DNA of 64,000 bases from Chrysemys picta bellii (lineage: Eukaryota), in assembly GCF_011386835.1 (NCBI RefSeq), contig NC_088807.1, forward strand, positions 25,172,001 to 25,236,000. The letters run 5' to 3'. Positions 40,675-51,226 of the stretch are shown here, piece after piece (position 1 is the first letter of the stretch; each line of letters begins with the position of its first letter). Made by a program: the position numbers and the translations under genes. The notes beneath the pieces were generated by a model that was given only the letters and a program-made list of their open reading frames with translations, had not been told where the DNA came from and searched no databases.

Positions 40675-43600
40675 CTCCGGATCCCCAGCTGGTGGAAATC
40701 AGCGTCGCACTGTTGACTTCCCCACTTGGGGATATGGTCTTTGAGCACTTTCTAACTCACAGAGGAAAACATTTTTCCTCCCTGCACCTTTCAGAGTGGG
40801 TGGGATCACTAGCAGGTCCATGGGCAAGTCAGATAGTAACTTTGGATCCCCTACCGGGGTGTTTAAATCCAGAGCAAGGAGAGAGTGGGGAAAGACAAAA
40901 TGGAAGGCGACGAGCGATCCTGCCAAGTCCTGCTCGCTTTTGCCGGGAACAGATGCCGAGGGTTTGTTCGAGGGCCTGGTTTCTGGCCAGCTTTGGAAAA
41001 GAGACTCCCCGTTTCTTGGCCACGATCAGAAGATCCGAACCTTGGCAATAAGGATGGAGGTGTTTTAAGGACGTGAGTGTCCATGAGATTCGAGTTTGAC
41101 CCTCCTGTGGCGGTGAAATCCAAGAACCCCCTGCCCGTTCAAAGGAAGCGGCACAAATAACCGGAGCTGTCCGAGACACACCGGCGGCTTCCTTGTTTCC
41201 TCACGCTGGGAGCTCTGGAGGAAACAGCCCGCTGGGACAGGTCTGATCTAGCCCCAAAGTAGCAGGGCAGGGCTTGGTGTGTGTTTGTTCGGGGCTAAGC
41301 TATTGTGGGGCCGCCCGGGGGGGCACGGGAAGGGCGGAGGAGAGTGATCGCTACCGCTCCCCATGGGCTATCAAGGAGCACGCCACCCGCTGGGGTCAGC
41401 CCATCGCACTCCCCCGCAATGGGCTGTAGGGGGAGCGTGCGCTGCGTCCATTCTGCTGGACGCCGGACTCAGGCGCCTTCCCGGCATTGGCAAGACGCTG
41501 GAGCCAACAACAGATGGGGAGGCAAACACCCCTGGATCTAAGGGGCGACCCCCTGGGCACCCCTGTTCCCACAGAGCCTCACTGCTGCCTAGCAGCCCTA
41601 TAACTGCCCACCCCTGCCCTAGCTCCCGCTGGGAAGATCTGGAACCCGATTTTAAGATTTGGCCCATGCGCGATCCAGGTTAGAGCCCAGCTGGTGCCCG
41701 ACTCCCTGCCAGGACGAGGGAAGGGGCCGCGGAGCACGGAAGAATGTGGGGTTTTAAAGCCGTTGCTTTTCGGAGGAAGCCAAAGGCGAGAAGATACTGA
41801 CGCGGGTCAAATTTGACAAATGGAAAGCGCCTGGGATTCAAGCCAGCCCACGTTGCTCTCAAGGAGACAAGCGGCCCAGAACCGAATGCCCTTTAGCAGG
41901 GGCCACTGGAGTCTCGATCGGGCTCGGGGCCAGTTGGACCTAATGGGACGCCGGCGAGCCCAGGGTCGCCAGCCTGCTCCTGCGGCTAGTCAGTTACAGC
42001 TGGGCCAGCCCAGGGGTGTGAAACTGACTAGGGCAGGACTGCTACAGTTGACTAGCTGTGGGTTGTAACTGAGGTGGAAGTTAATCTGGTGGGAGGGGCC
42101 AGTCCCCCCTGTCTGCGCCCCATGGCCCACAGCCCCGGTGCATCAGCCTAGTCCAGCAGCCCAGATAAGCATCAACTGCTGCCACAGAGGGTCAATTACA
42201 ACACCAAGTCCTAATCAGTTTCTCTCCCCCGCCATGGCAAGTTGGGGGTGGGGGGGAAGGTGTGGAGGAGCTCTGGGTGGGGGACGGGGCCCCACCAGTG
42301 CAGGCTCTGGGCAGGCCAATCTCCGTCCACACCCAAGATCGGGACCTCCCACACGCCGGATACACCCCCCCAGAGACGCCTGCCAATCCGGGCTCTGCCT
42401 GCCGGTCCCTCCGGTAACAGGGCTACGTACCAACTCTGGCAATCCCACAGATCACCAGAAAGATCCCCCCGAACTGACACCGTGGGGACGTCCGGTTTCT
42501 CTCCCCATCCCTACCTAGATCCTGGGGGATCTCACAACCCAGAACCTTCCTGGGGTAGAGAACTCAGATCTGCAAAGCCCAACGGTGACCTCTAGTGGCC
42601 AGGTTGCTTCCCTACAGGGACTTCTTGTTTGTTTTTCCAATAGGACCTAGAGTAAATCCCCTTCTCTGCTAGGACACAGCCAGCTCTCTGCTTCGTCTGC
42701 CTTAGAGACGCTAAACCCCACGTGGCTGCAATAAGCGATTCATATCAGACTTCGTACAAAGAGCCCGGATCTGGGACGATAGGATGGGCAGATATCTGGA
42801 GGGGGAAAATATCCGTAGCGGTCTTGAGCCAGACAATCCAACACAGATGCTGATGTAGGAGGTGGGTCTCTGAGCTAAGATAAGGCCAACGCAGAAGGAT
42901 GCCACGGAAACAAAAAGGCATCAGGGGCTAGATCCCAGCGATGAAGCCCTGCTCTCCTCCGGGCGGACGCGAAGGGGAAAGAGGATGTTCGGAAGACGTC
43001 TTCGTCTGCAGAAATTCCCAGATCGGCGCAGCTGACGCAGGCCAGGCACCGCTTCCGATCCCGTGTCATAGAAACGAGCGAGGCGCCGATCTCGGCAGCA
43101 TCCAGAGAAGCTCCAGACTGATGCTGGCCCAGCCGAGATCAGGACCCGCTTCTGGACAGGCCATCAGCAGATCGCACGCCACAGCCAACCCGCCGCAGGG
43201 ACGCTAACGCAGCGCGATGAGGCGCGATCAACGGAAATGGTTTTGTTTACGATCCCTCCGCCCCGCCCCTCTCCCCACCGATACGGATCCTGCCCCAGAA
43301 GTCAATCCACAGGCGGGCAGGTCTTGCCTCCATCCTGTCAACAGCTGATCTCTCGTTAAAACCAGGAACAGAAAGGCTCGGCTGATCGAAGATCTCTGGT
43401 TAGTTTTACAGCCGAGCAAATCCAGGGAGCCACTGGGGTCCATTTGCCCAGGGAAACGGCTAACGAATGAAAGTGGCAAGCCAGCAGAGATCATATGTTG
43501 TTTGATCCCCTAGTATCCCGGATTCCCGTCCCTTTGCATCATGGGAGCGGATCTCTGGTCTTCCTCCAAAGCGCGGAATAAATTCCACTTGATCTCTTCA

Positions 43601-44355
43601 TTGGAGGAGGAAATATACCACGACTGGGCAACTTGGTTTAAAAGGCAACCAGCCAAGTTCTGGGTCAGTGAAAAGCGGATCCAAAACGGAACAGAAAAGA
43701 GCACGTACATCCCAGCGGTCAAGAGTCTGAAGATCTGGGGAGGGGCGTTGGGCGTGCTCCCCAGCTTTGGCAGCAACGCCGTCAGAGGCTGCGGCCACAG
43801 CGGGGAAGGAAACCAAAAACCAGATCCGCTAATGCACATAAAAGAAAAAGGCACCGGAGTCCGAGTGGCCGATCCTGGTTGGGTCTCTGAAGGATCTTCC
43901 AAAAGGATCACTGGAGTCAGAAGGGGATGGTTGGCGGGGATCCCACTGGGAAGGCCAGATCCTGGTAGGTCCATGAAGAATCTTCCAAGGAGAACATTAA
44001 ATCCAAGGGGGAGGGGGGGTCAGAAGGGGATCTAACAGGGAGGGAGATATTCTAGTTGGTCTCTGACGGATAGTCCAAGGAGATAATTGAAATTAGAGAG
44101 GATGCCAGTGGAAAGGGCAGATCCCAGTTGGTTCATGAAGAATGTTCCAGGGAGATCATTAGATCTGCAGGGGGATGGATAGAGGGGATCCCACAGGGGG
44201 GAGAGATCCCGGTTGGTCCATGAAGGATCTTCCAAGGAGATCATTAGATCCAGGGGGAAACAGAGAGGATTGACCTGTGATGAGTCTCAAGGAGGTTGCC
44301 GGAAGGGGGAGTGGCGGGAGAGTTGGGGGGATCCGATCCCCAGGGGAGGGGGGGG

Positions 44356-47300
44356 TCACGAGACGGCTGGGGACTCTGCGGCCGCCTCGTCCCCCTCCTC
44401 GGAGTCCCAGACCTCGGACTGCAGGTAGTCGGCGAAGAGGGCTTTGGCCCGGTGCAGCACCTTGGCCAGATTGTGCCGGCGCACCAGGCGGTCGAAGTGC
44501 ATGGCCAGCTCGTTGTAGTCCATGTTGTTCTTCATGATGTGGTCCCGGTGCTCCAGCAGGATGGCCAGGCACAGGAAGAGCATGAAGGGGTTGCCTTTGC
44601 CGAACTCCTGCGGCGGAGGCAAGCTCACCGTGGCTGGGGACGGGGCGGTGGGGAGGGGGCTGCTGGGTGGGGAGGATGGCGTGTCACCTGCCAAATCTTC
44701 CTTCTCCTCCGGCAGGCTCTCGTTCTTCTCGCTGCCAGAGAGGGGTGAGGGTGAGGAGGGGGAGTCTCCAGAGGGCGTGGGTGGGGTCAGGGGCCGGAGG
44801 GATGGGGCGGAGAAAGACTTGGTCATGGCCGGGAGCTGGAGCAAGGGGTCCTGCTCGCTGTAGAAGTCCTCCTCTTCCTCCATGGAGCGCTGGGATCTCA
44901 GTGAAGGCTCTTCCTCGGAGCTGTCCTCACGAGCGCTGTAGTACTTGAATTCCCCAAAGCTGGATTGCTTCAATAAGGTCTTCTGCTCCAGGCAAGGCCG
45001 GGCTCCGGGCTCCTCCAAGGAGGGCCGGGCTCCGGACTCCTCCAAGCAAGGACGGTCCCCAGTCGCATCAAAGCTACAGGTGGGCCGCAGCATGTGGCGT
45101 TGACGGACAGGCTGGCCACTCTCACTAAGCCTGGCCGGCGGCCCCACCAGCTCCACCTCCTTCTCCGGAGGATCCGGTGGCAAGGAGCTCCAGGTTATCT
45201 CCAGCATCCGCAAGGCATCCTCAAAGGCAAACTCCCGTTTCAGCTCCAGCAGCAGCCAGCGGTAGCAGAAGAAGAAGTCGTCGGCGCCCCGGGAGAGGAG
45301 GTAGGCGTAGAACTCAGGATCCGAGTACTGGAGGAGGAGCTTGAGGTGGGAGAACTTGAGGGACATCACCTCGCCGTCCACCTGGAAGTTTCCTTCCAGG
45401 CGCTTCATGATGCCGCAGAAGCAGATGAAGGCGTGGGCCTCGTTGTCCATGACGGCCAGGATGGGCGAGGCGATGTCGCTCATGCCCTGGCAGTAGGAGA
45501 TCTGCGGGTGGGTGACGGCGTAGGTGGTCAGCAGGTCGTGAAGGGCGGTCAGGTGCGGATTGTCCTCCGAGCCGGCATAGTAGGGGTGGGTGCGATCCGT
45601 GCGGAGAACATCCTTGAGGACGTTGCTGCGGATGAAGTCCAGGTCTTCGGGGCTGGCCCGCTCCGCCCACTGGCCCTTTAGCTGGTCGTACTCCCGCGTC
45701 TTGCGCTTCATGTAGTTCATGCGCTCCTGGCCCGTCAGCCCGTCTGGGTAGACGTTCAGCAGGTAGCGCCACACCACCTGGGGGGCAGAGAGAGGAGCTT
45801 CAATGCCCGGCATCTTCCCGCCACCTCAGCGTCCCACCACACTACCTCTCACCCGCCTGGCCTCTCCCAGGATCCCACCGCGACTTGGGGGGCAGAGAGC
45901 GGTCTCAGCGCTAGGCATCATCCCACATAGCCTGCCATGCTACATGCCCCTTTGTGCCAGGCACCCCGACATCTCTCCCCCATGGCTAAGCACCCCCTGA
46001 CATCCCATCTCCACTACCCCCGATATCCCATTTCCCAGAGACAGGGAGAGAACCCAGGAGTCTTGGCTCCCAGCCCCCCCGCTCTAACCAGCAGACCCCA
46101 CTCCCCTCCCAGAGCCGGGGAGAGAACCCAGGAGTCCAGGCTCCCAGCCCCACTCCCCAGAGACTCACTTTCCGCAGCGAGGGCTCCACGCCGCCGTGGT
46201 AGATGCGCAGCCGCAGCTCCTCGGGCCGGTTCAGCTGCCCCTCGTGGTTCAGGTAGGTGTGGAACTCGGAGTCGCTCAGCGGCGGTTTGAACGGCTTCAC
46301 GTCCTCCCCGTAGGACCAGCTCAGAGCCTGCTGGACCTTCGACAGCGTCCGGCCCACCTAGGCAGAGAGACAGGGTCACTGACCCAGTCCTGCTCAGAGC
46401 AAGGCATGGCGGACGCCAGGGGCGGGCAGGATCCTCCCCACTGTATGGGGGGGAACTGAGGCACGGGAGCAGGCAGTAGGAGACTTCATTGGACCATGAT
46501 GATCCTAGCACTGGAACAACAGAGCTGTGGCCAGCTACCAGGAAGAGCATGCAGGAGAGCGGGAGTCAGGACTCCTGGGTTCTACCTCCGGCTCTGGGAG
46601 GGGAGTGGGGTCTAGTGTGTTAAAACAGGGGTGGGTGGGTGCGTGGGAACCAGGACTCCTGGGTTCTCTTCTGAACCCTGTTCCACCCACGTAGCTTGGG
46701 GTGCTTCCTACCTGAACGACCCTCCTCCTCTTCCCCTCTCGACCCACCTGGGAGATGATGGACTGGGTAAAAGGCAGGGCGGCCGCCGCCAGGGACCTCT
46801 TCTCCACCAGGAGCAGATCAGTGCTGATGACATCTTTGGGGCTGATGATGTCCCAGTCCTCCAGCAGGGGGCCTGAGAGAGCAGCACATGACAGTTAGCA
46901 GGTTCTGTTCCCGGCTCTGGGAGGGCAGTGGCGGTTAGAGCACGAGGAGGGGGTGGCAGCCAGGACTCCTGGGTCCCTAGCCCTGCCACAGTGACTCACT
47001 GTCTTCCGAAGGCTTGATATCCACGAGGAGCTGCAGGTAAGGCTTGGAGGCGCTGGCGAAGGCCGTGGCCAGGTCCCAGTCCGACAGCAGCGACAGGTAC
47101 GTCTCCTGACCCTGCTTCTCCTGGCCCAGGTAGCTGATCCCAAAGTTCTTCTTCCTGGGTGAGGGGGAGGTGATTGGCTCCAACGCACACAGGACAACAT
47201 CACCCCATCCGCAGCATTCCCCCTCCCGGCACCTCTCGGGGTCCCCCATCGGTACAGAACCCCACACGCTCACCGTCAGCCATACGGAACCTCCCACTGC

Positions 47301-48924
47301 TCCCTTGGGGTCTCCCATTGGCCGTAAGGACACACACCCCTTTGAGGTCCTCCATCGGCTATACAGAACCTCCCCCGCCTCTTTAGGGTTTGCTGTCAGC
47401 CATACGGATGCCTCCCGTTAGGGTTCTTCATCAACCATACAGAACCCCCCACTACTCTCTAGAGGTCACCGGCCGTTCCAGCCTCCCTGCCTTCCATCCT
47501 TTCTCGGGCTCCCCCATTAGCTCTTCAGACCGAATGAGCTCATCTGTCCCCCAAATCTCCTCTTTGCCCCCTGGCTCCCAACAGCCTCAAATTTTTCACT
47601 AGCTCCTTCCTCAACCAGGATCTAACTCCCAGGCAACCCCAGAAATAGCAGCACTGGGGAGAGAACCCAGGAGTCCTGGCTCCCAGCCCCCCCCCGTTCT
47701 AACCCTCCCACGCTGGGCACAGGTCCCTGGCGACTGGGGCGGGACTCACCCGTTGAGGTCGAAGGCGCGGATGAGGATGTGCTGTAGGACATCCAGCGAG
47801 GTGATCTGGGGGTCGACGGCAAAGGTGCGGAACTCGGGCTGCAGGAACCCCTCGCGCTTCTGGGGGGACAGGACTGGAGTGAGCACCCTCTACAGGGGAC
47901 AGGCCCTGTGCCCCATTCCCCACCCTGGTGCCGGAGGGGGAGCCGCGCCCCCTAGAGGGGAAAGGCCCTGCCCCATTCCCCCCGCCCCCCCGCTGCACAG
48001 ATCCGCCCGCGTTTCGGACGGACGGAGACCTCCGCGGACACAAGGGAAGGGCAGTTTCGCTGCGCTCTTTCACACCGAAATCCTTTCTCCTCGCTGGCCG
48101 TGGGAGGTCTGAGTTCCTGGGCGTTTCTTCCCCCGCCTTGGCACGTGCCTCGCCCCAGATCTCCTGGCCGCCACGCAGCCACCCAGGAGGGAGGCCGGGG
48201 GACGAGACGCAGGCGACACTGGGTCGCGTCCCCCGTTCTGTTCTGGCTCTGACCCGCTCAGCGAAGGCAAGGAGGGTTTGTCTGGGGCAGTAAGGGAGAG
48301 GCGTAGAGGGCACAAGGACAAGCAGGACTCCTGGGTTCTCTCCCCGGCTCTGGGAGGGGAGTGGGGGCTGGTGGTTAGAGCAGTGGGAGCTGGGAGCCAG
48401 GACTCCTGGGTTCTCTCCCGGCTCTGGGGGGGGAGGGGGGACTGGTGGTTAGAGCAGGGGGGGCTGGGAGCCCGGACTCCTGGGTTCTCTCCCCGGCTCT
48501 GGAAGGGGAGTGGGGGCTGGTGGTTAGAGCAGGGGGGCTGGGAGCCAGGACTCCTGGGTTCTCTCCCGGCTCTGGGGGGGGAGGGGGGACTGGTGGTTAG
48601 AGCAGGGGGGGCTGGGAGCCCGGACTCCTGGGTTCTCTCCCCGGCTCTGGAAGGGGAGTGGGGGCTGGTGGTTAGAGCAGGGGGGCTGGGAGCCAGGACT
48701 CCTGGGTTCTCTCCCCGGCTCTGGGGGGGAGGGGGGGCTGGTGGTCACACTCCCCACTGCGGGGTCCCGCTCTGCGCCCCACTGATCTGGGGGGTGCCCC
48801 TCCCCCCGCCCTGTGACCCCTGACCCCGCCGTGACCCCTGACCTCTCACCTTGACCCGGACCCGCACCACCTCCCGCTCCTCCTCCTCCTCCCGGGCCCC
48901 GCCCCCCGCCGCCGCCGCCGCCAT
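44356..48924 (-). CDS. TBC1D25: TBC1 domain family member 25 (Rab GAP, OATL1), 6 exons, 691 aa
   Basis: Exons 48850-48924 (EEEEEREVVRVRVK), 47750-47859, 47000-47154, 46748-46872, 46169-46357 and 44356-45777 sum to 2076 nt. LIR-like EDWDII. TBC catalytic motifs KDVLRTDR and YCQGMSD. Confidence 0.97.
48320..48730. repeat. Family A tandem array, TBC1D25 intron 1
   Basis: About 6 units, G-rich orientation on +. Confidence 0.9.
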
Positions 48925-49200
48925 CCCGGCCCCCGGCCGGCTCCGCGGGGGGGGCGGGGGCGGAGGGGGGGAGGAGCCTCGCGCCGGACGGGACCGTAAC
49001 GGCCCCGCCCCTGGGGGGAGGCGGGGGAGGCCTCGCGCCGCGACGGGTAGAACCGGCTCGCGCCGGGCGGGCGGTTGACGTCAGGTGGGGATGGAGGGGG
49101 AGGGGGGAAGCCTCACGTGACCCCGCCGCTACTTCCGCTTCCGGCTTGGAGGCCTCGGCTCAGGCGCTGACGTCATCGCCCTCTTAAAAAAACGGGTGGG
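48780..49200 (-). promoter_or_regulatory. TBC1D25 CpG-island promoter
   Basis: CpG-dense. CRE TGACGTCA at 49076-49083 and 49168-49175, E-box TCACGTGA at 49113-49120, tandem ETS ACTTCCGCTTCCGG at 49131-49144. Confidence 0.75.
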
Positions 49201-49834
49201 GGAGGGGGAGCAGCCGGGAGCAGCCGGGCCCCTCCCCGCCACGGGACGGGGACTCACATCCGGGGTCAACCGGAAATAACCGCCCAACCACGGGAAACAA
49301 CATCCGGGTTAACGGGAAATAGCGCGTAACCAAGGCAATAACTGCCCGGACAAGCCCCGCACTGGGGAAACAACGGCCCAGCCAACCGGAAATAGCCCCC
49401 AACCGGCGCCACCGGAAATAGACATACCAGCAGGGACAGCACCATCCGGGTCAACCGGAAATAACCGCCCTAGCAGGGAAAACAACATCCGGGTTAACCG
49501 GAAGTAACCCCCAGCTGGTGAAAACAACCACATCCGCCCGCAGCTGCAGGGACCCGGATGTTCCCCGCCAGGGGGCAGCTGGGCACCGGGCAGGGGCTGG
49601 CTCGGGCGGACACACGGGCTGAAGCTGGAGGCCAGAGGCCCCTGCGGCGGGGGCTGTGGTGACCCTCTGGGCTTCCCTGCTCCACATGTTACAGCTCTGG
49701 CCCCTGCTCCCTTCCCCGCCCCCCAGAATCCGGGGTTTATGGGCTCCCTGGCCCCGCCCCTCCAGTGAGGGGGCGGAGCTTTCCTACAGGCGGGCGGAAT
49801 CCCCCCGTGCCCAACCCAGTGCACACGGCATTGG

Positions 49835-50460
49835 AAATGGGGCCTGTCCCCTCTAGGGGGCGCCAGCTCCCTCCGGCCCCAGGGCAGGGGACTGAGGTAT
49901 GGGGCCTTTCCCCTCTAGGGGGCGCCGGCTCCCTCCGGCCCCAGGGCAGGAGACTGAGGTATGGGGCCTTTCCCCTCTAGGGGGCGCCAGCTCCCCTCCG
50001 GCCCCAGGGCAGGAGACTGAGGTATGGGGCCTGTCCCCTCTAGGGGGCGCCGGCTCCCCTCCGGCCCCAGGGCAGGGGACTGAGGTATGGGGCCTTTCCC
50101 CTCTAGGGGGCGCCGGCTCCCTCCGGCCCCAGGGCAGGAGACTGAGGTATGGGGCCTTTCCCCTCTAGGGGGCGCCAGCTCCCCTCCGGCCCCAGGGCAG
50201 GAGACTGAGGTATGGGGCCTTTCCCCTCTAGGGGGCGCCAGCTCCCTCCGGCCCCAGGGCAGGAGACTGAGGTATGGGGCCTTTCCCCTCTAGGGGGCGC
50301 CAGCTCCCCTCCGGCCCCAGGGCAGCAGACTGAGGTATGGGGCCTTTCCCCTCTAGGGGGCGCCAGCTCCGCTCCAGCCCCAGGGCAGGGGACTGAGGTA
50401 TGGGGCCTTTCCCCTCTAGGGGGCGCCAGCTCCCCTCCGGCCCCAGGGCAGGGGACTGGG
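49835..50460. repeat. 62-63-bp minisatellite (10 copies) between the TBC1D25 promoter and the EBP 3' end; each unit has CCTCTAGGGGGCGCC
   Basis: gaggtatggggcctttcccctctagggggcgccagctcccctccggccccagggcaggagact repeated. Confidence 0.95.
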
Positions 50461-50736
50461 AATGGGACACAGGTTACTGAGATGCAGAGTGCAGGGAAAA
50501 GGTATTTGGAATTTGCCCCTTTCAGAGAAGGTCCCACTCTCCCTTGTTCCCGGTCATGATTTTAATCAGGGCCTCACCATCTTCTCTCTAAAGCATCCCA
50601 GCCCAGGAGGGACCCTCGGGATCAGCTGGTATGACCTCCTGTATAACCCCTTTTGTCCTGACAGTGCGGCGCCACCCCGAGGGCAACAGCGGCAGACAAG
50701 GACAGCTGCTGGAAGGCAAAGGAGTACACACATGTG

Positions 50737-50742
50737 TTTATT
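50737..50742 (-). terminator. EBP polyadenylation signal AATAAA
   Basis: TTTATT on + about 485 nt past the EBP stop codon. Confidence 0.65.
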
Positions 50743-51226
50743 AAAACAAGCTGATTGGCCCTGTCCACCGGAGGCGCTTGAGGTCCCAGCATCCCCCACC
50801 CTACAGCCAGTCAGGAGGCAAAGGGGTTCGTTGTCGGGGGCACACAGAGACATGGTCGGAGCTTTGGTTATGGGAACAGGGAGGGTTCGGTATAGGAGGG
50901 GGTGCTAGGATAACACGTCATAGAGAGGCAGACATCTCCCCCACCCTTGCTAGCGATTTCCTCCCCCGCTCACCCGTCCCTCCCCACCAGGTCGGCAGAT
51001 AAAGCCGGCCTGGAGAAACAGGAACATCTCCCACAGACACTGGGAAAAGAGCCAAGACGTCCTGGCTCCCAGCCCCCCAGGTCTAGCCCACTGGACCCCA
51101 CTCCCCTCCCAGAGCCAGGGAGAGAGTCCTGCGCACTCCAATCCTTGAGCATCATTCATCCTGCAGCCCCCGGGGCAGTTTTGTGCCAGATACCCCCACC
51201 CCGGGTGGCGGGGGGGGAGTGAGGCA

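Noticed and set aside
25116-44355. RBM3, WDR13 or FTSJ1 exons expected from human synteny
   Set aside because: No RRM, WD40 or methyltransferase-like peptides recognised in the ORF track or by reading. Very short or diverged exons cannot be fully excluded without tBLASTn.
49835-50460. CRISPR-like regular repeats (also 62725-63385 and 36255-36740)
   Set aside because: The units are contiguous with no unique spacers, there are no cas genes, and the DNA is vertebrate.
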